Notes: generated by a model from the letters alone, not told the origin. A DNA stretch of 63,946 nt, filler included, from Octopus bimaculoides (GCF_001194135.2; 5 parts of 4 records of this genome joined end to end with filler, not necessarily neighbours in it); one strand, 5' to 3'. Positions 48,672-62,743 are shown, counted from the whole stretch's first letter. Made by a program: numbers and translations.

Positions 48672-49058
48672 GTTGTTGTTGACACTCCGTCGCTTACGAC
48701 GTCGAGGGTCCCAGTTGATCCGATCAACGGAACAGCCTGCTCGTGAAATTAACGTGCAAGTGGCTGAGCACTCCACAGACACGTTTACCCTTAGCGTAGT
48801 TCTCGGGGATATTCAGCGTGACACAGTGTGACAAGGCTGACCCTTTGAATTACAGGCACAACAGAAACAAGAAGTAAGAGTGAGAGAAAGTTGTGGTGGG
48901 AGAGTACAGCAGTGTTCGCCACCATCCCCTGCCGGAGCCTCGTGGAACTTTAGATGTTTTCGCTCAATAAACACTCACAACGCCCGGTCTGGGAATCGAA
49001 ACCGCGATCCTATGACCGCCACTCCGCTGCCCTAACCATTGGGCCATTGCACCTCCAC
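48672..49058 (-). mobile_element. Long tRNA-derived SINE with 14-bp TSD
   Basis: TSD tatagttaaatatc at 48658-48671 and 49059-49072. Confidence 0.92.
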
Positions 49059-51467
49059 TATAGTTAAATATCAACCACATAAAAAAGACAAATTATACGA
49101 TATGAGAAAGACAACATTAACTTAGTTTTTTGATTTGATTTTAATCATTAAAGGTGGTGAGCTGACAGAATCATTAGCACGCAGGTCAAAATGGTAACTG
49201 GCATTTTGTCCGTCAGTACGTTCTGAGTTCAAACTTCGCTGACGTTGACTTTGCCGTTCATCCAACCTTTCGATAAAATAAGTGCCAGTTGAGCAATGAA
49301 ATCAATAAATTCAGCTTACCCCCTCCCAGAACTTGTTATCGTTGCACCAAAGTTTAAGATCAATATTTTTAAAAAATCATTTTAGCAAAGTAGTTAAGAC
49401 AATTCTGGTTACGCTTCGGTTTTATTAGACTTCCTCAATGTGGCATAGCCTTCACCGTACATTGTCAAGTAGTGAGAAGAAAATAACTAAGTAGATACAT
49501 AATACGCTACACTAGTTGGTATGAAAAATTAGCTGTTAAATCTCATCCAAATTATAATCAACAATGGAACTTATCACTCATTCCATTGAATTTATTCATG
49601 TAAATCTAAGTGGCATTATAAACCTTTTCTTTACCTAAAAGAACGCTGACAACGAGGTCATGAGATCGGAGTGGAGATCTAATTTAAGAGATTTCGCTGT
49701 TAAAAATAAATAACTTACGAATGAATGCGTGAAGAAGTTATGACTTGACTTTCGTGCAGATAATATTGGGTTAATAAAAATAATGAAGATGAATAAAAGT
49801 AAATACAAATAGGTGATGGTGTAGTTTATAAAATAATTATTATTATAGTAAAAGAAATCGATATTAATAATGGTAGGTAATGTTAATAATGATGAATTGT
49901 TATAAAGCTGGATATTAATTACAATGTTAGATAATAACAGTAAATGATAACTGCTTTTGTTAATTAATCAGTGGAGAATTGGAAGCAGTCTCAACCTCTG
50001 TAAACTTTACTTCTTTCTGTTGTGCTGTAAATAAGATATGAGCTGTGTTGCTGTGGTTTAGTCCCAGATCAGCTCTGTTTTTATTTAGCAGATTTTGGTC
50101 AAAGGCATTCTAGTTGTTACCAACTCGTCTTATTTTCAGGTACATATATAGAACTATATTTTTACACGTTTACTTCATTTGGTACAGAGCATGGCATGAT
50201 TTGTGGGGGATTTGCCTGCCATCCCTAGGGGACTGAATGATTACCTAGATGCTTCCACATTGCTGTAATGTTTCTTAATTATTTTTTTTCCTGGTGTAGA
50301 TATAAAACCTGAAATTTGCGATGACTCCAGCGCTTGACTGGTATTTTATTCTGTCGAATCCCAAGAGAAGAAAGCCAGAGTTAACTTCGGAGGAGTTTGA
50401 GCTCATAATGTAAAGAACCGGACGAATTGTTACACAATATTTTTTCCGATGCTCTAACATTACTGCCAGCTCACTACCAAGGAAGTAGTCAGATGATCTA
50501 GTGATAGATTTGACAACACTGAATATTTAGAGGCAGCGTTGGAAGGTAAGGATTGACGATTCAGTATGTCTATCACACATACGAGGAAATGAGAACAGAA
50601 TTTGACGAATGCAGTTCAGAATTTCGAGATGTAGGGCAAAGTAGTGACAACACTGAGTCATTTACATTGATACAATTTTCAGAACATCAAGTAATCCCAA
50701 AACATCAAGTAATGTTGGATAACTTTAACAAGTCTTCAAAATACCTTATGTTCGGTATGGTTTTCGGATTTTTCGTTTCTTTTTTTCGATCAGATCAGTT
50801 ATCCAAATAAAATTCTCCCCCTTTTCTCCGACTTGTCTGGCTAAATAAAGTCTAACTGCAATATACCTTAAATTGTAGTAGTGCTACGTTAATTGAATTT
50901 GTATACTTAACTCAGTAAATTGTTACTTTGTCTGATTCGACGATGTGTATTTTGGTTCTATGGTCAACTTGATGTTATAGTGTAAGTGGTTGAATATATC
51001 GTGTACACTATTGCCCTTTTGGTAATCCCGTGCGTGAATCACACGCACAGTTTTTTTTTTTCTGATCGGCTTCCATACATGTTACCATTTGAACAATTTC
51101 ATTCACAAGGTTTAAACAGAAAAGATGCGATATTAGAATAGGCATTTAAAGAAGGTAACGCGCAAAAGGTTAGAAGCTATGCAACACGCAGTATTTAACC
51201 ATTTGGCTAAGTATGCACCGATACAACTATAATCATTTAACATTATCATTAAGATATCAAAAGAAAGCATACATATTACAAATCCTATTTCTCTATATGA
51301 CAAAGTTTTACACAGGAGCAACATACAATGTTGCGAGTTCCATACGTTTTCCAAGATTATTAAAGACAAAACTTAAATGGCTTTAACTCAAAACCACGTC
51401 ATGCAGGTGTATCGCTTAAATTTTGTCTCCTGTTAACAATGCTCACTACAATTACATGTTATTAACT

Positions 51468-51687
51468 GATTACCGGTAAGTTCACCGCCATCAATTGATC
51501 GCAAGAGAGTTCGCCGCCGTCAGTTCACCATGAAGAAAGTTCACCGTAAGGCAAGTTCACCAGGAGGAAATATGTCCATTGTATCTCACCATTAATAGTT
51601 AAAAACTATTTTATTGAAAAACAAAACGGTGAACTGATGATGGTGAACTTTCCCTGCGGTGAATTGATGAAGGTGAACTTACCGGAC
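51468..51687. mobile_element. Mutator-like MITE with subterminal agttcacc repeats
   Basis: A perfect 14-bp inverted core, ccggtaagttcacc / ggtgaacttaccgg, is accompanied by repeated gttcacc (left) and ggtgaa (right). The flanking direct repeat tgttattaact gives a 9-11-bp TSD depending on the boundary. Confidence 0.85.
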
Positions 51688-52116
51688 TGTTATTAACTAT
51701 TGCATATCCTTAAAGTGATCGCTAACGCTAAATGAAGGCTAATTAAAGTGATGGTTCTGAATCTTGTGATTACAATACGGCATGAAAATAATGTACGAGA
51801 CATGAAATAATATTTTTAATTCATAGTCTTATTAATAAAATTCTAATTAAAATAAAATTTACATTTAGATAAAATAGTATGACACTGAAACTAAGCTTGA
51901 CTTCGTGATTAAGAAGCTCGCTTTGAAATCACATGATTTCGGGTTCAGTTTCACTGCGCGGTACTTTGGGAAAGTGTCTTCTATAGCTCCGGCGCAATCA
52001 ATGCCTTGAGAGAATTTGATAGACGGAAACTGTGAGGAAGCCCGTCTTATACATATATACATACACACACATACACTTATACACATATATGCGCACGTGT
52101 GTGTATGTGTGTGTGC

Positions 52117-52148
<32 letters not shown>

Positions 52149-52158
52149 NNNNNNNNNN

Positions 52159-52203
<45 letters not shown>

Positions 52204-53459
52204 GTACGTGTATGTGCGTGTGTGTATTTGTGTCTGTTACTCAGACCCACCTCTCAACAGTTGGTATTAGTATGTTTACGTACTGGTAACCTAGCGGTTC
52301 AGCCTAAGAGATGATAGAACAAAACTTAAATATTAGTACACAACAGGTTTGGAGACGAGTCACAGAGTTACATACTACAGCTCTGTTGTAAACTTTCACG
52401 CTGAATCTCAGATCTAAGAATATCTTTCTCTTTTTATCTTGCCACTCCCAGAAGCCATTAAAAATGTCACGAGGCCTGCTTTTGTTCCTAGAATTAAGAA
52501 TCATACCCTATCATCACAAGAAGAGAAGTACGCATTGAATAATATAGTCCTCAATACACTTATGTCTGCGATAAAATTTGGCATGATTAAAGAACGGAAA
52601 GAGTGTCGTATTTGTGAATATGTAAAATAAAGACTGCGCAATCCATATAAGACTTAAAATGATTCAAAGGCGAATGTTTTTGTGAGAACCCCTGGTGTAA
52701 TCTTTTTAAGAAATAGCTTTCAAGGTTTACAGAGCTTAGGGCCTACATACTGCACTGCCTTTCATCACAAGTCTGCTTGATCAGGGATGTCATTGATTGA
52801 ACAACAATTTGAATAATCCTGAAAGTGTTGTGTTTTCCCTACCCATCCTTACTCATGCAACTTTATACTAATAATTTCTTCTCCGTTACTTCCAACCATA
52901 ATCACTCCTTTGATGATAACTCATCCTCGTTCTTCAATTCATCTAGATCTTTCCAACATCATTTACTACTAAAGCTTAACTGCTACCAATTAATATACAT
53001 ACTTTTCACTAGTGAAGACCTCCCACACATTCGGTAATGAGATTCATGGGGCGGGGCACCTTGGAAACATCTATAAAAACAAAGAAACCATGTTCGTCTC
53101 TAGAAAACAGTTTTCTACACGTCGTTTAAAAACATTACTTATTTCACGATTAACAAAATAAATAAATAATTAAATAAACTAATTACATGCCAGGATTAAT
53201 AATCTGTACAGACTTCTAAATAGAAATAACCTGAAACTATCATCTCAGCGTTTTGCATCCCCTGTGGTTAATTATCACAGTAATGAAACCAGTATTGACA
53301 ACGTGACTGCTGCTGCCCACGCCAGAATAATCCCTAGAGTATCTTTGCTAACACTCTTCTAACCATACCTGTTGGCGAGCCAAAGAGAGAGTTTGTGTAG
53401 TCAACAAATTTATGTTAAAATAGTAGCCACATTTTCCGCAAACCACTACAGTGTTTGTA

Positions 53460-53515
<56 letters not shown>

Positions 53516-53813
53516 GGAAGGCAGGAAGGATGGCAGGAAGGAAGGAAGGAAGGAAGGAAAACCTATTGGATAATGAAGTTTCCTATACACTATGTTTGAA
53601 GAAAAGACGATATGGTGACGAATGGAAAACGTTTTATCATAAGGTCTATCAAACGAAACGAAATGCCAAAAGAGATTTAATAGTATCTGCCAAACCATTG
53701 CATTTTTCATACACCTGCGCATTATAAATAAATAAAAACAGCCCATTAGAAGACAACAGAAAGCATATAATTTCTGTTTCAAACTTTACAAAAATCATAA
53801 CACTGAGTTGTAA

Positions 53814-53844
<31 letters not shown>

Positions 53845-54789
53845 CACGAGGCTGCAATACAAGCAAAAGCAGGTAGGTAGAGAATTAGAGTGTTCTACCT
53901 CGATCCAGGTAGTGATCTCTCACCCGTATGTAGTCAATAAGCCGAAATGCTTTTCCTCTTTTGTCTTTTAGTTTAAATTATACCTTTCTCTAAACTGTGT
54001 GCTTTATACATTATATGTAAACCTATCAATAATTTGCATGCTTCTTTAAATTTTCATCTTCTGTCCACATTACATGCAGATCTTTCACCATTGCCTTAAC
54101 CTAGATGTAAACTGTCCGTTCAACGCCACACGAATTTGTAACTCACCTCACATTCAGTGTACAAGGTATTTTATCGTCTCCTCGATGTTTCTCTGAGTAT
54201 TCTCCAAGGATCAATAAAATATAATGCGAGTCAACAACTAGGTTTGATTTAATCGATTACCCTTACCCTCAAATATCCTTATCATTGCGCTTGAAGTCAT
54301 CTTTGCCTTTCATTTTTACAGGGTGGGGAAAATAAAGCACCAGCAGAATGGTTGTAGCCACAACAGTAACAGCAAAAGCATTTGTAACACTAAAATCAGC
54401 AGTCGCCATAACAACAGAAATAACAACAGAAACAACAGCAGCATAAACAGCAAAGGAAACACGACACTCAAGAGCAACCACATCACCAAGAATAACAGCA
54501 ACTGAAAGCAGCCAACTAGTAACACAAACAAAGCACAAATACAATTACTCCGAAAACATGCCCCTCCAAGTTATAACAATCATCCAAACTACTGAAAACA
54601 TATACAATGCCTTAAATAAAATACCCCAACGGTGTAGGAGACTTCAGAGAAAATATCACTTATAGTCTTTAGTAAGAATTTGCTTTTGGAAACACCTATA
54701 TCCCGCTGGAGAAATGAAATACCTGTGTCTCCATACGAATAATGTAATTGATCCTTTCTCACCTTCCTTCTGTTGAACATGGCCTTACT

Positions 54790-57700
54790 AAAAATAAACA
54801 GTATAAATCTACGTAGCCTCGAGTCACCTTGAAACAGAGCCACCTGCTAAATTATCTCAGGTCACTAGATATAGGTATGGTGATCGTCAACAGAACGAAA
54901 GTTTCCGATTCACATGCCATCATTGCCATTTTGGATGTATTAGAGATCAACTTATCTCCAAATCGACCGGGATTAGGAGGCTGTCTCACGATATGGACCA
55001 TCCTCCTGGATCCAGAAGTTCAGTTCATGCTCATGAACAAGAACAGTAGTGAAGTGGGTGCCTTCAGACATTGAATATATATACGCTCCGACAAGGGGGG
55101 AAGCGAAATTTTTTCCCCACGAGTGTTCCGGACCCTAGTTATGAACTCATTTGCATACAACCAATTAACTATAGAGCTCAACTATCAAACTAATTTATGA
55201 GCACATAACAAGTGATGGGCAATAAGATAAGGTCACTTGGGTAAGGAATGACCATGCTTCTTTTCTTTTTTGATAATGCTTGTTGTTCTTGTTCTTGTTT
55301 CAACCATGGCTGCCTCTGTGGAGTTATTTGTGTTGTTGTTTATTTTGTAAAACAGCAAGGGGAGAGGGTTGCTAGCACATCACTCTCTACACACATTTTT
55401 CCCATCCACATCTTTACCATATGGGGCCCTAACAAAATTCGATAATAGGTATAGATGCAGATCTATCTAATTACAAATCAGGTATAATTTGGCGATCGGT
55501 AGAGTTAAAAGACTACTCTTGGTCTTGAGTTTATTTGGTAGAATGTGTTTGCTAACTTGAAAAGATCAAGCTGAGCTCTGATTGACTGTATGCAAATGAG
55601 TTCAATGCTGGGGTCCGGAACTCTCATGGGGAAAAAACAATTTCGCGGGCGGGGCAGTCAGATTTCTTCAAACATCTGGAAGGTTTCCTTTGAATGTCCC
55701 ACTCTTTAGTGCTGGTGGGCGACTGGAACGCCATCTGGGATGCCCGCATAGATTGTGTAGGGCTAGGCGAGAGGAGACGGGTGCAGAATCCTGCAAACTT
55801 CCACGATACCTGCTGAGTAGAGGACTGGGAATGACATGGCTGATGAAGCGCAGATATGCACTGAGGCTGAGACATCTCCAGCGTTTCCTTGACAGTGAGC
55901 AAGGGTAGTTACCGTTTCATAGACTCGTCGACTGCATTCCTATGGAAGGGAAGGACAGGCACTCTTTATCTGTCTAGTAGTTTAGTGAAAGGCAATGTGT
56001 GGTGGACCAGAATGAAAGGACTGAAGACAGACACCCCCTCTTTTGCCAAGCCTTCATCAACTTTTTCCACTTCTGAGGAGTTCAGCAGCAACTGCCGGTA
56101 AAACAGTGAAGCATCACAGTACATTGGCAAAACCCGACGCCTAGAACCAGCAACACATATTCAGGTAAACAGAGATATTGGCAGATATAGATCATATGAT
56201 GAGGGCAAGTTAGTAAGAGAACGTGGAAGCCCTCTTCAAAGTCGAGGCCCTCGTGCTAATGTATTCTTTGGTTCCAACAGATGATAAAGAACTCACCTTC
56301 TAGGGAGAGGAACATGTCACGTTAAGATGGAGAGAATGTTAGTTGGGTTGGACATCTGGTGGCTATTGGCAGTAACGCTCTCCTCGGCGTAAGACGAACG
56401 GAAAGGGAATTTTGGATTTGGGACCAGATCAAACTGGAGGACGCGAAAAAATCCCAAGCCTTTTTTATTTGCGTCTTGCTGTTTAAGGTACAAGGCAAAG
56501 ATGTCAGTTGTGTCATGTTGAAAGCTACTTAAGAATTTCTGTTCTTGTCTACAGCAGACTCCACAGCCCGACCACAATAGCAGTGTACAGCAGTAACAGC
56601 AGTAACGAAGAGAGTAACTTCAAAGGCAGCTGTATCATCAGTGAATGGAATAACAGTAGCAGCAACGTGAATAACTGTAACTTCATGTGTAACTATATCA
56701 CTACCAATACCAACAGCTACAGCTGACCAGACACACACGAAAACGTCTTCACCCTTACCGCATAGGATGTTTCCAACGTAGAAATCGCGTCTTATAACAA
56801 TGAAGGGACAACCAAGAAGTTAGATGGTTGTAGTTAACAGTGTTCATGGTAAATGGTCACCTATCGCAACTATTCAGTATCAGGCGTTCGGTATACCAAA
56901 GGTGCCTCCTTTCTCTCCTTGTGTGCGTGTTGGTTCTTGAGCCAATACTTCAGAAGTTGGAGGTTTCGACTGTTATCCTGCTAAAACTGGGGGGCAGAAT
57001 ATCTGTTTGCATTTGTAATAGTGGTGAACACCAAACACATCGAGTTGAACGTCACTACTCTATGGAAACACGAGACCGTAACAGGAGCAAACAATTAAAT
57101 AAGAGTCGTAGAGCCTACAGCTCAAGCACATCCATGACATGTAACAGCCTCGTGGAATGCTGGACTGAGGGAAAGGTTAAATTGTTCGTAGTTTGGCTTG
57201 GTCAGACCTCCAGGTGGACAAGAACTGGGAAGAGGTGACGTGCAGGGTGGCTAATCTCACACAAAAATGGTTGGCAAGAATCTATTTCTGAAGAGTCGGG
57301 CAGAGGTGGTGAATACCTATATTGCCTCCATCATCTACTCTCCCCTAACCGTCGTATTTTGCCCCGCATTATGGATAACCAGAATGGAGTGCTTGCTTTT
57401 CCGTGTTTTTCTTTTTTTTTTTGTGGCGGGGACGTGATCTGCTGGCAAAACATTCTCTTCGCTCTCAACATCCACTACATAGAGGGTTGGGTATTCCTTA
57501 GCTAACGATGCATAGACATGCACTCTGAAACCACGACAACTCTAGCGCTTCCTTGACGCTGAGCAAGTGAGTTGCCGTTTGCTACACGCACTTTTCTGCA
57601 GCTCGCGTCTTTGACATAGCTACAGTCCTGGATCAAGCGTAGACCAAGGCTGGGTCCTTGGAACTTTGGGAGCTGTCAGGCACTCACAGCCTTCTACCAC

Positions 57701-58380
57701 TATGGCAATGCAGTCGGTAAGTGGTCTACCATGGAGGTCTATAGAAGATTAGTGATGGCTTAGAGCGACGACACCCTCGGGGAAGCTATAGGTGTCGTTT
57801 CTGGAGAAAATTTGGGCCTAGCCCTATGAATAACTTCTAGAAATCCTTCACCTGGCAGTGTTACCGGAGTAGTAAGTGTGTTTACTGTTTTAGAATATTT
57901 TCAACAGGCATTGCTGTGTCGAGGTGGGCGCAAAGCTACGAAACTGCCCAGCTAATACTCGTACATTGTACGAATGTTGTTGATTTGTAGAAACATGTCG
58001 AACAGCTGTAATCATGTGTAGGACGGATCCGACTATCGCCCGACTCCATTGTAATGGCCACTCTTCCACCTACATTCGTTCGGGAAAGTCAGACAGCTTT
58101 CCTTTCTTTGGTGGCCATGGTTGTGGTGCACCTGACTGAAAGAACTAAACACAGAAATTTTCTTTTCCGGTCAAGCCCTTAACTGAAAGTTCCAGTTGGA
58201 AAGGAAAATGAGGACAGAGAGGAATGTGTTTCTCCCCAGTAAATTTGTAAAAAGTTGGTTAAATGTAGTGAGAATGGCCCGAGTGAATGAATCTACCATA
58301 AGCATGCACTTGTAGTCTGAAATGTACAGTAGTCCTGGTGAGCAGGATGGTTTGGGATCTGTGGGGTTCCTTGGTTGTGT
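54790..58380 (+). mobile_element. Highly degenerate L1/Tx1-clade LINE (APE and RT remnants), interrupted
   Basis: Translated pieces: INLRSL..KQSHLLNYLRSLDI, GAFR...YAP, LVLVGDWNAI (APE); VNGHLSQLFSIRRSVYQRCLLS..LVLEPILQKL (RT, cf. RQGCPLSPLL); AEVVNTYIASII. Confidence 0.75.
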
Positions 58381-58428
58381 TTCTCTCCTACTGAAGAATT
58401 TTTACAATAATCCACTTCTTGTTATTTA

Positions 58429-58690
58429 CAAGGTGGTATAAAAAAAAGTTCCCAGAGTTAAGGGTACACAAATAACTTATGAACCTAAGTTTTAACATCA
58501 TCTTCAAAATAGTCACCTTGCGTAGTAATACACCGGTCCCAGCGTCCTTACCACTTTTGGAATCCGGCCTGGAAGTTGTTTTCCGTAAGCGAGTTGAGGA
58601 GTTCCGTAAGCGAGTTCTGCAATCATCTCTGGATCTCTTCAACGGTTTTAAAACGACGACTTTTAAGCTGCATTTTGATCTTTATGTTGT
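58429..58690 (-). mobile_element. mariner transposon 3' fragment
   Basis: The terminus is TA|CAAGGTGGTATAAAAAAAAGTTCCC. The minus strand reads IKMQLKSRRFKTVEEIQ...FQAGFQKW*GRWDRCITTQGDYFE, the mariner C-terminal motif. Confidence 0.88.
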
Positions 58691-59165
58691 TTATGTGTTT
58701 ACATAAATTTATACTGCTCTTCTTTATATAGTCCAAGACGTTATTTACGGTCCTAAAAGTCAATATATAAAGTATTATTAATATTTGCAAACCATTCAAG
58801 GCTAATAAAGTAAGTACCAGTTAAGTGTTTTAGGGCTATAAAAAGTATCACGTTCCCAAACATAGGGCACACGTTATGCTAAATTAAGCCAGATATAAAA
58901 ATCGGTAAACGCTCAGAACAAAAAGGGCTCAAACCTCGCCATCGTCGTTTTGGTCAAACAATTATATATTTACAATATTGAACTAATTATATGAATCAAC
59001 ATTGTAAATGTATTGTTAGTATTAAATATACAATATATTTTTTCTAATTTCAAGTGTGCCCACGAATGTTTATATGTTATAAATGGACGCATTTTATTAT
59101 AACATTACAATATACATACATACTCAGGCATACATAGATATATATATTTAGGGAGGTGCAAAAGT

Positions 59166-59522
59166 CGTGGTACTCCGTCAGTTACAACGACGAGGGTTCC
59201 AGTTAATCCGATCAAAGGAACAGCCTGCTAATGAAATTAACGTGTAAGTGACTGAGCACTCCACAGCCACGTGTACCCTTAACGTAGTTCTCGGGGACAT
59301 TCAGTGTGACAAGGCCTTTGAAATATAGAAACAAGAAGAAAGAGTGAGAGAAAGCTGTAGTGAAAGAGTACAGCAAGGTTCGCCACCAACCTCTACCGGA
59401 GCCTCATGGTACGTTAGGTGTTTTCCATCAATAAACACTCATAACAACTGGGCTTGGAGCCGAAACCGCGATCCCACGTCCGCGAGTCCGTTACCCTAAC
59501 CACTGGGTCACTGCACCTCCAC
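59166..59522 (-). mobile_element. Long tRNA-derived SINE with 11-bp TSD
   Basis: TSD ggtgcaaaagt at 59155-59165 and 59523-59533. Confidence 0.88.
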
Positions 59523-59763
59523 GGTGCAAAAGTAGGTATACAATAAGTATCACGTTAATGTTATAATACTTAATTCATTAAAATTATTAGCACATTAAAT
59601 TAGTTAGCCTCATTTTTGATATTTTCAGTGTCATTAATCATAATACATTTATCATAATTATAGTAATACTTTTATCGTAACTTCTAATCCCTTGATAAAA
59701 GTAAATGAGTATTGTACTTGTTTTCTTTTTTCATAACTGCATACCTACTTTTGCACCATCCAG

Positions 59764-59829
<66 letters not shown>

Positions 59830-60026
59830 NNNNNNNNNNNNNNNNNNNNNNNNNNNNNNNNNNNNNNNNNNNNNNNNNNNNNNNNNNNNNNNNNNNNNNN
59901 NNNNNNNNNNNNNNNNNNNNNNNNNNNNNNNNNNNNNNNNNNNNNNNNNNNNNNNNNNNNNNNNNNNNNNNNNNNNNNNNNNNNNNNNNNNNNNNNNNNN
60001 NNNNNNNNNNNNNNNNNNNNNNNNNN

Positions 60027-60155
60027 AGTTTTAGGGAAAATAACCAATTTTCAAGAACTCATCGATGAAAATCCACTATCACATATAGAAAAATTAATAA
60101 TTAAAAGCACAATAAATGAGTATAATATAAAGTAAAGTAAATATCATAAGACAAA
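60027..60155 (+). mobile_element. Partial copy of the 31-225 hairpin element
   Basis: Matches the reverse complement of ~97-225 (agttttagggaaaa...ccactatcacatatagaaaaattaataattaaaagcacaataaatgagtat). Confidence 0.8.
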
Positions 60156-60457
60156 TATAATAAAAAGATTACACGTGTTTCATAACCAATTTTCAAATAG
60201 AAAAGAAATTTAAATCGATTAAAATCAATTGAAATTATCGAAAATAAGTTCTATTCAAAAATATAGCTACTCGTCAGATCGTAAGTAGAACAATAATTAG
60301 ATATATATCTCAACCAACAATAAGTACCAAATGAATTAATATGAAATACTTATTATATATATATATAAGCATACACATTAATGTGTGTGTATGTGTGTGT
60401 ATATGTGCTTTGATATATACATATAGGCACACACGGATTACACATATATGTATGCAT

Positions 60458-60495
<38 letters not shown>

Positions 60496-60579
60496 ATATA
60501 GATATCGATATATATATATATATATATATAAAGATAGATAGATAGATAGATAGAAAAGTAGTTAGTTGCATAAATATAT

Positions 60580-61230
60580 TCTTTTCTACGTTAGGCGCAA
60601 GACCCGAAATTATTGTGGAGGGAGCCAGTAGATTAGATCGACTTCAGTACACAACTGGTACTTAATGTATCGACCCCGAAAGGATGAAAGACAAAGTCGA
60701 CGTAGGCGGAATTTGAACTCACAACGTAAAGACAGACGAAATACCGCTAAGCATTACTCTCAGAGTGCTAACGTTTCTTTTCTACTTTAGGCACAAGGCT
60801 CGAAATTTTGAGGGTGGGACCCAGTCGATTAGATCAACCCCAGCACGCAAATGGTATTGAATTTATTGACCCCGTAAGGATGAAAAGCAAAGTCGACCAC
60901 GGCGAAATTTGAACTCAGAACGTAACAGCAGGCGAAATAGCGCTAAGCATTTCGCCCGGTGTGCTAACGTTTCTGCCAGGTCGCCGCCTTAATTGCAAAA
61001 ATACATTTATTTTTTTTTATTGCCGACAAGGGCCTAAGCATAGAGGGAACAAACAAGGACAGACAAAGGGATTAAGACCCCAGTGCGTAACTGGTACTTA
61101 TCTAATTCACCCCGAAAAGATCAAAGGCAAAGTCGACCTCAGCGGAATTTGAACTCAGATCGTAACGGCAGAAGAAATACTGCTAATCATTTCGCCAGCG
61201 TGCTAACGAGTCTGCCAGCTCGCCACCTTA
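60580..61230 (-). mobile_element. Cluster of three same-orientation Meta-like SINE copies
   Basis: Three successive occurrences of gacccc.aaaggatgaaa..caaagtcgac...aatttgaactca, with different 3' portions. Confidence 0.85.
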
Positions 61231-61688
61231 GTCAGAACAAATATTGTTAAAGAGACTAAAACATGCATGGATGAATAGATACAGAGATAAAGAGATAAAT
61301 AGATATGTGTGTAAGTGAATCAATATATATATTGATATATCTTGCTTGCTCCTACGTATATGTGCATAAATGTATATGCAACTTTCTATCGATCTATCTA
61401 CCTCTCTACCTGTCTATTTGTCTATCGATGTTTATATATGAATATATATATATGTGCATATACAGATACNNNNNNNNNNNNNNNNNNNNNNNNNNNNNNN
61501 NNNNNNNNNNNNNTTAATTAATTAANNNNNNNNNNNNNNNNNNNNNNNNNNNNNNNNNNNNNNNNNNNNATATATATATATATATACATATATATATTAG
61601 CAAAAATGCTAGTTTTAAAATTTAATAGATTAACGCAGTAGTTGTACTGACAAGTAATATTCGTAGCCTCTTTAACATAGCTGTCCGT

Positions 61689-61736
<48 letters not shown>

Positions 61737-62237
61737 CGTTCCCAAAGCAGTGTAATGTCCTCTTGAGTATTCGCTCGGATCCTGTGTCCCATTAACTAAC
61801 CGATGATCCAGCCCACTGGCTGCCTCACCAGACAAAGAAACACCAGTAAACAGAAATACACGTAGACTTACTTAAGTATCTCTATCCTGCATTCCAGAAA
61901 GTCTTTAACCGAGTTTTCCTATAACTTCTATTGTCTGGGAACAGACAATTCCACTTGTGATGTCACCATTTTATGACAATGAATCATCTTTGGTTTCGGT
62001 GCTGATGTTCGGCTTAAAATTTTTTTTTAATCTTTGAAGGCGGCGAGCTGGCAGAATCGTGAGCACGCCGTGCGAAATGCTTAGCGGTGTTTCGTCTGTC
62101 GTTACGTTCTGAGGTCGACTTCCACCGAGGTCGACTTTACCTTTCATCCTTTCGGGGTCGATAAATTAAATACTAGTTACGTACTGGGGTCGATGTAATC
62201 GACTTAATCCCTTTGTCTGTCCTTGTTTGTCCCCTCT

Positions 62238-62743
62238 ATGACGGGCTTCTTTAAGTTTCCGTCTACCAGATCCACTCACAAGGTTTTGGTCGGCCTGATG
62301 CTATAGTAGAAGACGCTTGCCAAGGTGCCGCGCAGTGGGACTGAACCCGGAACCATGTTGTTGGGAAGTAAGCTTCTTACCACACAGCCACGCCTGCGCC
62401 TACTATATACATGATGGGCTTCTTTCAGTTTCCTTCTACCAAATCCACTCACAAGACTTTGGTCGGCCCGTGGCTATAGTAGAAGACTCTTGCTCAAGGT
62501 GCCACACAGTGGGACTGAACCCAGTACCATGTTGTTGGTAAGTAAGCCTCTTACCACACAGCCACACCTGCGCCTATTATATACATGATGGGCTTCTTTC
62601 AGTTTCTTTCTACCAAATCCACTCACAAGACTTTGGTTGGCCCGAGGTAATAGTAGAAGACTCTTGCCCAAGGCACCACACAGTGGGACTGAGCCCAGTG
62701 CCATGTGGTTGGGAAGCAAGCTACTTACCACACAGCCACGCCT
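62238..62743 (-). repeat. Three tandem ~174-bp copies of a SINE 5' half
   Basis: Units start at ~62238, 62407 and 62581. Units 2 and 3 share private variants (gactttgg, gactcttgc). Confidence 0.9.

Noticed and set aside
50553-52630. Short ORFs 50553-50810 and 52439-52630 (ECRICEY) as exons or transposase pieces
   Set aside because: They have no convincing splice pairs or family motifs beyond a single CxxC, which is not enough to support a call.
23093-61526. Exact ttaattaattaa islands inside N runs (~23093, ~32869, ~44314, ~61514)
   Set aside because: An identical 12-mer flanked by Ns on both sides at four places is a scaffolding or gap-filler artefact, not biological sequence.
11963-62743. 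tRNA-like heads (e.g. 11970-12035, 44486-44560) as tRNA genes
   Set aside because: They continue into SINE bodies with TSDs and lack a complete cloverleaf with acceptor stem and terminator.
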